From Octopus bimaculoides (taxonomy: Eukaryota), in assembly GCF_001194135.2 (NCBI RefSeq), contig NC_068997.1:1557556-1621555 (forward strand): a stretch of DNA of 64,000 nt, in the 5' to 3' direction. Shown one piece after another: positions 12,969 to 26,223 of this stretch. The first letter of the stretch is position 1. The number at the start of each line of letters is the position of its first letter. The notes under the pieces are model-generated. The model ran no database searches. It was not told the DNA's origin and was given only the letters and a program-made list of their open reading frames with translations. Made by a program: the position numbers and the translations under genes.

Positions 12969-13575
12969 GTGCGCCTACAAGTAACATTAATTGTAATGCA
13001 AATTTGTCAGATAACAATGAAAAGGCGAGAGAGAGAGAGAGAAAAGAGAAACTAATTGGTCTAATGAGCTGTTGGAAATAACAACCAAATCACCTTAAAA
13101 TTAAACTCAGTTCTGTTTTAAATAGGAATGACACATTGCATAGATGCATTGATAAATGCGCTCCTAAATCATATTGATTCTGACAGGTACGTTTTTTATG
13201 ATATAACTAATTGAACAAAAATAAACTTTGTGGGCCAAACAACGACAAGGCACCATCATGAAAATCATCTACAAGAACCATACAGGAATTTATTTGATTT
13301 TCTAAATGCCAAAGTACTAATACGTTATATATAAATAGATGATAGTCTACTGTATGACTTTACCTACTTCAAGCATGGCTGCTGATTTTGAGTTGGCATC
13401 TACGTTATTGCGAGTTAGAAACCCCATACACTGTACTGTGAACAAACACCAAAACCTCGAAATAGAATCGAAAATTTTTCCTGAGGAAAATTTCGTCGAT
13501 GCATACAGTGAGTCTGACACGGGCAAATGTTAACGTCTATGTGCTGGCATGCAGAATCATTTAGACTAAATTATA

Positions 13576-13607
13576 CTGATGAGGTGAAATAGACCGAAAC
13601 ATAGGTT
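13576..13607 (+). ncRNA. Hammerhead-ribozyme-like core (stem I not evident)
   Basis: CUGAUGA-GGU(gaaauag)ACC-GAAAC-auag-GUU. Confidence 0.4.
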
Positions 13608-13984
13608 CACAGTTGTCTCCTCTCATACATGAACAAAATACAGAGTGTGTTTCCCTTTACAGCATAAACCATCTTTAGGAATTTATTCCTGATTTTCTTG
13701 AAATTATTTCCACTTCTTTTCCAGAGTAGCCAATAGTCTTCGCTATGTTTTTGTATTTGTGTCTCAAATGGTGGATAATTCCAATAAATTAAAATTTATT
13801 GTGTGTGACCATCAGTTGAAAGCTGTATAATGAGGGTTTGGCGGGGCATTACATGGACAGGCTACTCGAAATGTGAGCTTTACACTGTAATTAGATGAGT
13901 GAAATTTTGATATATACATACATACATATAACAAATATATATATATATATGTGTGTGTAATGCGCACGCGCGCGCACACACACA

Positions 13985-14035
<51 letters not shown>

Positions 14036-14491
14036 CTGTATAATGTCTAGCGTAGAACTGTACCGTAGGACAGATCAACGAACTGCAGAAATTCTAAACT
14101 AGACTCACAAACCGTGTAGTGATAGCTGGGTAAGTGCGTTACATATTTTTACCTAGTTGTCATTTCACTGTTAACTTATGCTTGCCCGGAGTAGAAGTAA
14201 TCACTTGCGAAATGTTCACAACTTTCACACAACTTAAGTGAAATTTACTGGCTACAAATCTCACCGTTCTCTCCAAGTATAATTTAAAACTTCTGACATA
14301 CGGCAGCATACTTTCCGTCTGGATGTTTCTCTTCAATTGATTTCATTCTGGCTTTTTTTAGTTACTTAAAGTTGAAAGATGACACTTGGAGAGAAACAGA
14401 CACGTTACTATAAGGCTACAGCTGGCTCCCAAATATTCTTTGTCATTTCATCACAACCACCACCGGGAGTAATAATAATGATAATGATAAT

Positions 14492-15110
14492 CCTTTCTAC
14501 TATAGGCACAAAGCCTGAAATTTGGTGGGAGGGGACCAGTCGATCGCATCGACTCCAGTATTTGAGTGGTACTTAATTTATCGACCTCGAAAGGATGAAA
14601 GGCAAAGTGGACCTTGGTGGAATTTGAAGGCAGAACATGAAAACGGGTGGATTTCCACTACGCATTTTGGCCTGTGTGCTAACGTTTCTGCCAGCTCACC
14701 GCCTTAATAATGATAATAATAATGATGATGATAATTTCAAATTTTGGCACATGGCCACCAATTTCCGTGGGGGTGGGGAGGGGGAGAAGAGTCGATCAAA
14801 TCTACACCAGTGTTCAACTGGTATTAATTTTATCTACCCTTAAAGAATGAAAGGCAAACTCGACCTCAGCGTAATTTGAACTCAGAACGTAAAGACGGAC
14901 GAAATTCCACCAAGCCTTTTGTCCAGAGATTCTGCCAGCTCACTATCTTAATAATGATAATAATTTCTAATTTAGGCGCATGGTTTACAATTTTAAAGTG
15001 AAGGAGTAAGGTCGATACCATCAACCTCATTACTAGACTGGTACTCCTTTTTCATCGACCCTAGAAGGAGGAAATGCAAAAGTGATAGTAGAGGGATTTG
15101 AACTCAGAAA
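14492..15110 (-). mobile_element. Tandem array of three SINE family B copies (14492-14706, 14735-14949, 14964-15110)
   Basis: Same orientation, separated by short AAT/GAT tracts. Confidence 0.88.
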
Positions 15111-15611
15111 AGAAAGACCTAATATTGCAAATATTTTTTATGGCACAGAAATGATCCTACGAATCGGTAATTTTTCATTTTAATAAGTTCTAGCTTCATA
15201 AAACTATTTTTGCTTGCTTTGTGATTATTATTCTTTACAAAGACATCAACGTCGCAGTCTCACACGATCATGATTTCATTTTGTTTTAAAGTTTGGTCCA
15301 AAATAATCTAATATTCAACCTATTTTCGACAATGTCGTATGAATTTATAATTGCTTTAAATAATTCTTTTTGTCTGATATGCTTAAAGGAATTATTAGTG
15401 CAAATGTTTCTGTTCCTCCTTTCAAAGTAATTTATGTGGATAAATCAAGCTGAAATTGCTATGATTCTACCCATAACTGCTCACCGATATACTATAACGC
15501 TTGCCTCTATATAATAATCTCTCTCTCATATATGTACACACACACACACACACACGCACATACACACACGCTCGCACAATAAGCTTGCTTCTATATAAGA
15601 TTCTCTCTCTT

Positions 15612-15680
<69 letters not shown>

Positions 15681-16676
15681 CATATTTTCATCGTTTCCCA
15701 ATGGTTTGTGCTATATTACATCGGGCTAGCAGGCTAGCGTTATATGAGCGTGAACTCGTTAAGAAAGTGTATTACTCTAATTACGACGCGCGTACACACA
15801 GAGGGGTAATTTATACATAATATTTGTGCAATATTAAGATCTAAAAATCAATTTCCTTACAATTACTAGTTATTAATTAAATGGAAACAACATGTTAATC
15901 ATTTATACGTTTACACCATATGACCTATAACGACTTGTTGGTTCTATTTTATGATTAGAGATATTATGATAATTGATTTCTATGAATTGAACCGCGAGTA
16001 AAATAATTATTTATAAAAGAAATAAGCTAAAATAAATCGATCATGACATCTTGATTATTTGCGAATTCTTGGCGTTATTGGAAAACTCTCTACCACGTAT
16101 TCTAAATTGCTTTGAAATCTCTTAAGCGTTTCTGAAGCTAGTTTTTAATGATACAATATGCTTGGAGTCCCAGTGGGGTAACCTTGCTTGTAGTACATGA
16201 ATATCGAATATTTATTCCTATAAATTCAGAAGTTGCTAATGTATATAAGATTCCTTCACGTTAAGCATTTAGTAGATTGGTACAATGAGTAGTAGACTTG
16301 ATCCATCACTCGGTTTAATTTAACACCACCACCACCATCATCAAATGCCTTTAATAGACTCCTTTCCGGTGTAAGCAGACGTGTCATCTCTCTTGTAGAA
16401 TGACAACTTCCTCTCGCTTTCTCACCAATCATAATGTTCTTGTAAATGGTCAAGGACTCAGCCCAGTCCTTCTTGACTAAGTCTTCAGACAACCAGTACA
16501 GACGTTATACGGAACTACCAGCATTGTGAGGCTTATAAGGGCTAGTGGGTAAGAAAATATAAAACTGCCGAACTGTGTTGCAATATTTAGGGATCAATAG
16601 TGAAATAGTAACGGTGTTAGCTTTATCTTTCTTCTGTGGAATTAAATAATGTAATGAAATTTAATTATAAGCAAAT

Positions 16677-16750
16677 AATCTTATGGAAGTCAATTCGCTC
16701 GATTATAGAGATTAATCTTATGGCAGTCAATTCGCTCGATTATAGAGATT
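16677..16750. repeat. 37-bp direct tandem duplication
   Basis: aatcttatgg(a/c)agtcaattcgctcgattatagagatt x2, 1 mismatch. Confidence 0.95.
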
Positions 16751-16946
16751 ATCTACATTTGTCAACTAATGTAGTTATGTTAAAAATGGATAATGATGAT
16801 TTGTAGCAGTGAATGGTTAGATAAACTTTCCTTCGGATATAACTGGTATTTCATGTATCGGCTGCAATGGTTTGAAACACAGATTGAAAGAAGGTAACTA
16901 AATATCAGAATTCATTTTGTTTGTTACTCTACTGATCATCGCACCT

Positions 16947-17305
<359 letters not shown>

Positions 17306-17310
17306 TAGAC

Positions 17311-17449
17311 ACTATACACGCAAGGCCTGAAATTTGTGGGCGGGCATAGTCGATTACATCGACCCCAGTACACAACCGGTACTTATTTTATCGATCCCGA
17401 AAGGATGAAAGGAAGAATCGACCCCGAGGGTATTTGAACTCAGAACGTG
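17311..17449 (-). mobile_element. SINE family B, partial
   Basis: Family match. Confidence 0.82.
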
Positions 17450-18871
17450 AATAACAACAACAACAACAGCAACAACACCAGCAACAATAATAATGTTTGA
17501 GATTCTTGTTGTGAATCGACAGAAAGCAAATATCTCTGGTACAAATGATGTCTTCAATCTACATATCACAATATTGGATTCTGTGCAATGTCTTCAACAA
17601 CAACAACGATGATGATGATGATGATGATGATGATATATTTCTCCTTAAAAGAAGTACTGACTATAGAGAACTTCTGCATCTAAAATATCAAGTGTTGAGA
17701 AGAATCAATCTTACATTATTTGTCTTTGTTATAGAAATATTTTATAGCTAAACCAAAATCCCAGAATCTCTCCAAGAATATAGACCATTCTTTTGTTTGG
17801 AGTGTCACAAAGAAAAATATGTTTCTAGTTGTTTTCATCTCCAGTTGTAATATTTTTGGCTTTTATAAGAAGCATACTTTAATACTGCTATCATAACATT
17901 TGTTGGAGAGTTATTAAACTTTGATTGGGTGCCTAATATTTATTTTATCATATTTTTCTGTTTTTGAGATTGTAAACATCAGTCATTAAGATTTTAAGAA
18001 AATTACACGAACTTTGGATACAATATTTTGCAGTAAATATGATATTGCGTAAATAACCCTAATTGAAAACAAATCAACCCATCTAAGAGATATAGTGATT
18101 CAATAGAAACATACTAAAAAATGTAAATTAGACGGTTATGGATGTTACCAAGTCCCATCACTGTTCAATGAAATACTTAGTCGTCAACTTTAAAAAATTA
18201 AAAAACTAGGGCTTGGTTCCAGCAATTAGATATCGCAGCCTCCGATCACTCAATATTTGTCCTTGATCTGGTTAAAAGCTTAATTTCATCAGGTGATGCA
18301 TGAACATAGACGAATCGTATGTCAAGATAGTCATCTATAAACCTAAGTCACTACTCGGCAATAAAGAGTCGATCTGGGCGAGGAAACCTGAATCCGCACA
18401 GACATATTTCACGTCTTGATGGCATTTTGCTACAACGCTGACGTGATATGATTAACTTGTATATAGTAGGCACACTTAAAACTATATTCCAATATTACAA
18501 TAGTGGATTGTACTGCGGAAAGAGATAAGCTGTATCACTGAACTGTAATGGTTACACTCTGCATACTATTAATATATTTAAACCCTCATATCTAATATAT
18601 GCAGGAGTTTCTAAACTTTTTAAAGGAGCTTATTTTCTAGAAGATGGATTAATATTACAATAAGGGCCTTGCATATTTCCCAAGTCGGGAATAGACCTAG
18701 AAAGATCGTGTGATTCACACCACGTAAGAAATTCCTTGATCTGCGAGATAAGAATTTCCCAGATAATTACAGGCACAGAAAATTTATGTCAGAAGCTGTT
18801 TTGTGAGAATCAACGATCGTTGAGATTGCAGCTTAAAGGCACGCATCATGAACAAAACAAAATTTATTTTG

Positions 18872-19076
18872 TACTCTAGGCACAAGGCCCGAAATTTTTG
18901 GAGAGGGGTTCATTCGATTAGATCGTCCCAGTATGCAACTGGTACTTAATTTATCGACCCCAAAAGGACGAAAGGTAAAGTCGGCCTCGGCGGAATTTGA
19001 ACTCAGAACGAAAAGACAGAAGAGATACCGATAAGAATTTCCACCGGTGTGCTAACGTTTCTGCCAGCTCGCCGCT
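18872..19076 (-). mobile_element. SINE family B, full length
   Basis: Family match end to end. Confidence 0.9.
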
Positions 19077-19901
19077 CTATGGACAAAACAAAATTTGAGT
19101 GGTTCATGCTGAGTAGAAATGCCAATTGCCTTTAAATCATACTTGCAAGCTGAAATTGGTTATGTTTGAAACTGATTTCACGTTAGGGTTAATTATTAGT
19201 AAAGTATTTTCCTTAAACTATTCTTATATCTATTCGGCATATCTTCTAAAGACATTTTAATGTCTGCGGAAACATGTGCAACTGTATATTTACTCAGAAT
19301 ATTCTATTTAGGGCAACATTTTATAATCTACAATAAATGCGAAAATGTTGGTTTTACGTTTTAATGGCAGATGTTGACAATCCTAGAAATATGATAAAAC
19401 AAAACAATAATTATAAAGAAAATTAATTTTCAATAATTCTGTAAATAATGAAATTATAGTAGCGTTAATGTGCTCTGCCTCTTAAAGTAAAAAATATTTT
19501 GAAACAAAACAAATAAAGATAAAGTTTATTTACAAGAATGTTACTATTCGTAAAATAGAGACATATTTTTCTCAAATCAGGGCATTCTTAAATTTTGTTT
19601 CTATTTGAAGAAAAATATGTCGGTTTCATAATGTTGGGAGACGAGTGGAAGAATAGTTAGAGCGTCATTTACTTTACCATTCTGTAGTTATTCTTTATCT
19701 TTAAGGAGTGAACTGAAATCCTGCTCATGTTTGATGTTCTATAATTCTAAAGTAGATTAAATAAAATATTTTCGCCGATATAATCGGTTGTCCTCCCCAC
19801 ACTTCTCCACTTTATAACTATGTGCTTGTGTTAGAAACATTCTTATTATTACTGTACCGGTTATAACCGGTAGAGTGACGAACAAAATCGTTTGCTATTT
19901 T

Positions 19902-20328
19902 CAGGGCCGGATTAAGACCCATCGAGGCACTAAGCACTTAAAAGATTTTGGTGTCCCCATAAAAGATTATGTCATTCAAAATATAAACAATAGCAAACCA
20001 TAAAAGAAATTCTTATTTTTTAAAACGAAACAAAATGTTAAGAGGGAAAATAATGTTTATTTCTTTTATATTTCCACTTTATTTATATTTGAAAAGTTTC
20101 ATCCTACTTTATTAAATAGCAAAGTCTTTGATGAGATCTTTAAAATTAATCTTAGGTAACACATCTGCATCTATACTTCGTACAGGTAAAGGCATCCCGA
20201 ATATTATTTCAGCAAGTTTAAACTGATTTCTTTTGTGCCGTAAACCATTAACTATTTCTGTGGTGCCTCCTCCTTCTCTTGATGCTCTAAGCACGTACTT
20301 ATTTTGTTTAATGGTTAATCCAGCGCTG
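19902..20328 (-). mobile_element. Non-autonomous hAT element with transposase C-terminal remnant
   Basis: TIRs cagggccggattaag / gttaatccagcgctg match at 12/15. Perfect 8-bp TSD GCTATTTT at 19894-19901 and 20329-20336. Minus strand SIDADVLPKINFKDLIKDFAI*KSR resembles the end of the hAT dimerisation domain. Confidence 0.9.
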
Positions 20329-20342
20329 GCTATTTTGTTTCA

Positions 20343-20600
20343 TTTTGAGTTTGAATCCGGTATAGACTTCGCTTTTCCACCTTTACAGTCGATAAAACAA
20401 GTACCAGCTATGTTTGTAGATATATTTACTAAGTTTGTGTTATAACTTATTCATTCAGGGAAAGTGGGTCAGCTGAATGGTTAGTGCATCGGACAAAATG
20501 CATTACTATGTTTGAAGCAACTCTCTATATTTGAGTTCAAATATATCGAGGTCAACTTTGCCTTCTTTCACAGTCGATAAATTAAATGAATATCAAATAC
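20343..20600 (+). mobile_element. Two degraded SINE family B fragments
   Basis: B-box and core remnants at about 20343-20410 and 20462-20600. Confidence 0.55.
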
Positions 20601-20633
20601 TGAGGATGTTATCGAGTAATTACACCCACAATT

Positions 20634-20777
20634 CTTCTTCTTCTTCTTCTTCTTCTTCTTCTTCTTCTTCTTCTTCTTCTTCTTCTTCTTCTTCTTCTTC
20701 TTCGTCTTCTTCTTCTTCTTCTTCTTCGTCTTCTTCTTCTTCTTCTTCTTCTTCTTCTTCTTCTTCTTCTTCTTCTT

Positions 20778-20808
<31 letters not shown>

Positions 20809-21214
20809 GCATCNNNNNNNNNNNNNNNNNNNNNNNNNNNNNNNNNNNNNNNNNNNNNNNNNNNNNNNNNNNNNNNNNNNNNNNNNNNNNNNNNNNNNNN
20901 NNNNNNNNNNNNNNNNNNNNNNNNNNNNNNNNNNNNNNNNNNNNNNNNNNNNNNNNNNNNNNNNNNNNNNNNNNNNNNNNNNNNNNNNNNNNNNNNNNNN
21001 NNNNNNNNNNNNNNNNNNNNNNNNNNNNNNNNNNNNNNNNNNNNNNNNNNNNNNNNNNNNNNNNNNNNNNNNNNNNNNNNNNNNNNNNNNNNNNNNNNNN
21101 NNNNNNNNNNNNNNNNNNNNNNNNNNNNNNNNNNNNNNNNNNNNNNNNNNNNNNNNNNNNNNTCTTCTTCTTCTTCTTCTTCTTCTTCTTCTTCTTCTTC
21201 TTCTTCTTCTTCTT

Positions 21215-21244
<30 letters not shown>
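20634..21244. repeat. (CTT)n microsatellite spanning an N-gap
   Basis: Source of the poly-S and poly-R ORFs. Confidence 0.95.
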
Positions 21245-21245
<1 letters not shown>

Positions 21246-21796
21246 GCATCACGTCCTTTTATGAGACATTGCTAACCTCTGATGGACAAGTAAATCTTTA
21301 ACAGCACACCGAGTTTCACATAGTCATTCGCTTTATAACAACAAATCTATCATTATTGTTATCTTGATTTATTATTTCCCCAGTTTTCTCAGCTTGGAAT
21401 TATCATGTAGCGTATTCAGAAACGAGATAATAGCTACTCATATGGTTTATACAATATCAAAGAATTGTGTGATAAATTGTTTATTTTCCAGTCGATAAAA
21501 AAATATTATCTACGCACATAATTTTCTAAATAACAGACTCCATTATATGACCGAGTGTGTATGTGTGTGTGTGTGTGTGAAGTGGGTGTGTGTGTATTAT
21601 TCTAAGAAATATTTATCATTTATTTTACTTCAAAGAACTCCTTGATCTTTTGATCCTGTTTGTCATTGACTTCTCGTTGCGAATGAGCCGCAGCCAATCC
21701 TCTGTTTTCACTCACAACATATTGTACCGCATTATTGGATATGTACTTTCTAAGATAGATAAAATGCAATGAAGCCCATTCCTTACAAGATCTCTG

Positions 21797-21960
21797 GCCG
21801 GCGTTGCTGTAAAAGAAGCTTGGTTTCCAGTTATATGGTCTTGGGTTCAGTCTTACTGTGTGATGCAGTTGTCAATTGTCTTCTATAATACACCCGGACT
21901 GACCAAAACTTGTGAGTGGATTTGGTGGATGCAAACTGAAAGAAACTTCTGGTGTATATT
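21797..21960 (+). mobile_element. SINE family A, degraded 5' half
   Basis: gggttcagtc..gtcttctata..ttgtgagtggatttgg..aactgaaagaa. Confidence 0.7.
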
Positions 21961-21994
21961 ATATGGTGGTTGTCTACTCCTTATGCAGAGAACA

Positions 21995-22305
21995 CTACCT
22001 GTACCTACACCTTAAAACCATCATGGCGCCTGATGTGACTTTGTAAACCAGACAATGTTCTGAAAAACACCCACATAGGTTGCACATCCGATGTGGATCA
22101 CCAAGAGCTACAGTTAAGTTCTGATCTTTGTGGATCTTAAAATGTCTTTTGAGACCTCCATTAGATTTGCAAACCTTCTGGCATACACTGCATTGAAAGG
22201 TGTGCACAGACATATAGGCAGAATAGTTAGTGGAGGTTCGTTTTTCATGGGTTCGCAAATGAGATTTGAGCCCAGCAAAAGAAAGGCATGGTCTATCACA
22301 AATTT
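21995..22305 (-). mobile_element. Three C2H2 zinc-finger motifs, probably the 3' end of an RTE-type LINE ORF2
   Basis: (G)KICDRPCLSFAGLKSHLRTH, CSVCQKVCKSNGGLKRHFKIH and, after a frameshift, CNLCG.FRTLSGLQSHIRRH. No TGEKP linkers. Confidence 0.6.
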
Positions 22306-22908
22306 TGCCGTAATGTGAAATTCAGTAGCGTGAATTATATTTTCCCATTTATTTTCATGTTATAAATTAAGATGGAATATTAAAAAAAGCCCTTAAAAAA
22401 TTCCATATTCCATCCACTTTTATTTTAAACATGAAAATNNNNNNNNNNNNNNNNNNNNNNNNNNNNNNNNNNNNNNNNNNNNNNNNNNNNNNNNNNNNNN
22501 NNNNNNNNNNNNNNNNNNNNNNNNNNNNNNNNNNNNNNNNNNNNNNNNNNNNNNNNNNNNNNNNNNNNNNNNNNNNNNNNNNNNNNNNNNNNNNNNNNNN
22601 NNNNNNNNNNNNNNNNNNNNNNNNNNNNNNNNNNNNNNNNNNNNNNNNNNNNNNNNNNNNNNNNNNNNNNNNNNNNNNNNNNNNNNNNNNNNNNNNNNNN
22701 NNNNNNNNNNNNNNNNNNNNNNNNNNNNNNNNNNNNNNNNNNNNNNNNNNNNNNNNNNNNNNNNNNNNNNNNNNNNNNNNNNNNNNNNNNNNNNNNNNNN
22801 NNNNNNNNNNNNNNNNNNNNNNNNNNNNNNNNNNNNNNNNNNNNNNNNNNNNNNNNNNNNNNNNNNNNNNNNNNNNNNNNNNNNNNNNNNNNNNNNNNNN
22901 NNNNNNNN

Positions 22909-22942
<34 letters not shown>

Positions 22943-22974
22943 CGTGTGTGTGTGTGTGTGTGTTTATGTGTGCC

Positions 22975-23168
22975 TAGTGTCTTGCTGTGCTTGTCTCTAC
23001 CACCGAGCTTGACAACCGGTGTTGGTTTGTTTCCGTCCCTGTAATCTAGCGGTTCGGCAAAAGTGGCCGATAGAGTAAGTACAAGACTTAAAAAAATAAT
23101 TACTGGTGTCGATCTGCTTGCGTAAAATCTTCAAGACTGTATCCCAGCATTGATTGAAACAAAGATAA
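22975..23168 (+). mobile_element. SINE family A, 3' half
   Basis: cttgacaaccggtgttgg..tagcggttcggcaaaag; the 5' half probably lies in the N-gap. Confidence 0.75.
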
Positions 23169-23397
23169 ATTCTATTCCATTTGCGTTTGGGTGGTAAATA
23201 TATTCTTCGTCCTCTGTCCTAAGCTATTGATCCACAGAAATATAGAATACTGATCAGAAGTAAACATGAATTAGAAATCAATCCTCAATGAAATCAATAA
23301 AAATCAAAAGAACTAATCCTATTTTAATCCGTAATGCATCAATAGAATTTTTAGTTTTACATACAAAATGCATACTTCACAGTATTTAGTTACTTAC

Positions 23398-23470
23398 CTT
23401 TTCGTTTTGAGAAAGAAACCTGCTATGATTATATCTTCCCTTATCACTCGATCGATAAGCCAGTCAAGTA
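23398..23470 (-). other. Candidate 73-nt exon (LDWLIDRVIREDIIIAGFFLKTK)
   Basis: ttctatctag| acceptor, AAG|GTAAGT donor, one open frame. Speculative. Confidence 0.25.
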
Positions 23471-23614
23471 CTAGATAGAAATTTATAGTCTATCCTAAGT
23501 TTGCAGTACTTGCCATAACTGAAATCTATAAGTATGGGCTTCAGGTCTGCATCATTTTAGTTTAAAATTATATATTTCTTTTACTACACATTGTTAAATG
23601 ATATGATAATAATA

Positions 23615-23825
23615 TTTTCTACTATAGGCACAAGGCCTGCTTTTTTTTGAGAGGACGCTAATCGACTATATTGACCCTAATGATCAACTGGTACTTATTT
23701 TATCAACGCCGAATGGGTGAACAGTAAAGTTGACCTCGGTGAAATTTGAATTCAGAAATTTGTCAGACCGGACGTTAAGCTGTGAAGTATTTTGTCCAGT
23801 GCACTAACGATTCTGCCAGCTCGCC

Positions 23826-23828
<3 letters not shown>
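23615..23828 (-). mobile_element. SINE family B, full length
   Basis: Family match; abuts (AAT)n at 23828-23902. Confidence 0.88.
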
Positions 23829-23902
<74 letters not shown>

Positions 23903-23904
<2 letters not shown>

Positions 23905-24410
23905 ACTACATGGCCAATTCATGCAACAAACCGAGAATGTCGGAAATAAAGATCGTTGGCTCAGGTTGACGAATGGGAATTTGAAATGCGAGGCAGGAAC
24001 AAGAACTTAGAACAAACCTGATAAAGGCAAATATCGACAAGACCTAGTCAGACAGCAAATGTAGAATCTGCAGGAAAGAGGATGAAAGTTTTGCCTTTTC
24101 AATGGCTGTAGTGCACTAGAACAAATGGAGTATAAAGCAGACATGCCTGTGTAGGAAAGGGAGTGCATTGGTTTGTTAGCTGAGTGAGTGGCTTCAAATC
24201 AACAGAAAAGCGGTATGAACACGACAAGAGGCTGTGATAGAAAATGAGTATTACGGGTGCTATTGATGCAACAACACCGGATATGATCATGCAGGACAAA
24301 ATAAACTGTAAAATCATAGATTTTGCAATTCCCTATTATAGCAAAGAATTGAAAGATTTGAGAAATATCAGGATCTAGCTAGAGAACTGAGGAGACTATA
24401 GAAGGTAAAA
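23903..24410 (+). mobile_element. R4/Dong-like LINE 3' fragment (CCHC + RLE), decayed
   Basis: ELHGQF..W..L.NGNLK, QEQELRTNLIKANIDK, CRIC, GCSALEQMEYK.RH, PDMI, IIDFAIP, EKYQDLARELRRL. Confidence 0.88.
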
Positions 24411-24707
24411 TTTGCAACTGCACAACGAAAGGTGCACCAATATATATGGTAAAAGACAATCTCAATCAGTTGAAAAATATCTGCTGATGCGAATTCCTGT
24501 GCGGATGATTTTATATATTAGCATATATTTAAATAATATATTTTAAAATAATGCTTTAAGTTTTTACTTAATACAGTCTTCACTTTCATTCCTCACTTGA
24601 TGAGAAACTTGAAAATAAATTGAGGAAAATAAACAATAGCGACAAGATATTCCTGAAAAATGATATTTTTGAATATTTTGTTTACCTATGTATATGTTTG
24701 TGTTTAA

Positions 24708-24797
<90 letters not shown>

Positions 24798-24807
24798 NNN
24801 NNNNNNN

Positions 24808-24839
<32 letters not shown>

Positions 24840-25552
24840 TTGTCACTGTGTGCACGTATGTGTCTATGTATGTATGTACGTACGTCCTTCATTAGGTAAG
24901 GAAGCATATTATATGTACAGTTTCTTTATATCCATTTATCAATCATATTTCTTAACCCAGCTGCGAACAATTTCAAGTCAAAATGGAAATCTTGCAATCT
25001 CATTATAATGAAGCATATAGCGTGATTAATTGTAATTTTAATAATATTTCGATGTACGTGTGAGAAGCAGGCCTTTCCGTACGCTGTACCCCACGTAGTC
25101 AAGCAGAAATGTGAGATGGCCAAAAACATAGAGCAAGAGCAGCGAAATACACTGATACACATGCATTATGATTATGAACAGATATAAAGGAAATATACAG
25201 AGATGCAAAGTAAGAAAAACCTCAAATATATCAATATCATGGTCATTATCTCATACGCTATTTAATCATTATATTATTACTAATAATACAGATACAAAGT
25301 ATAGAAGAAAATATGAATTCAGAGAATCAAGTAAGCATAGTAAGCACTCCTTTCGGAACCGGCTATCAGTTTACCTATAATCAATTACAATGTTGAGTAA
25401 TAGGATATGTTCTTGTCACTGAAACTCCAAGTACCCTAACAATATTTTTTCCCTGAACAGTATACACACACATACGCATTCACATATAGTGATAGATAGA
25501 GAGATATATAGATAGTTAAGTAAATAGATAGATAAATAGATAGATAGATAGG

Positions 25553-25598
<46 letters not shown>

Positions 25599-26165
25599 TA
25601 GTTGTTGTAGTTGCCTCACGCACATAAAAATTTCGGTGTTGAATACTGGATTAAAGAGGCCGTAATGTGCACAAATCATTAGATATAATGAAATAATTAT
25701 TAGCGAAATGCAGTAGAACTGTGTCAGTGACCAGGCTGCAGACAATGTGATGAAAAGTTTGACATCAAATGTTAAATGATTGAGTTAGGTTAACAGATGC
25801 GGTGTTTTTCAAATGGCAAACGTGTCATCCACGCTGTAGCTGTTTTAGTTTAAACGCACCCTCTCCGATGAAATTATTGCCAGACAAGAGCAACTCCGAA
25901 ATAAAGTGAGTTAGTTTCAACTGGAATAGAAAAAAAAAGCTACTGATTTCAATGTCAAGTGGATGAGATTAGGGCGATGCAGTCCATATAGAAGCATTAC
26001 ATTAAGATACAGAATATATACTGAAAAAAAACAAACAAAAACTTGAATAATTCAGAAAATTATCGAAATACATGCAAAATAAATTCTTTATCAAATATTG
26101 TCATTTTTATAGAAACCTTTTAGAATACTGGAAGGCAACACTACAAAAAGTTTATTTTTATACAG

Positions 26166-26223
<58 letters not shown>

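Noticed and set aside
16250-16500. Possible RTE 3' end (EDLVKKD, gatgatg tail); similar case at 30560-30720
   Set aside because: Too degenerate to support.
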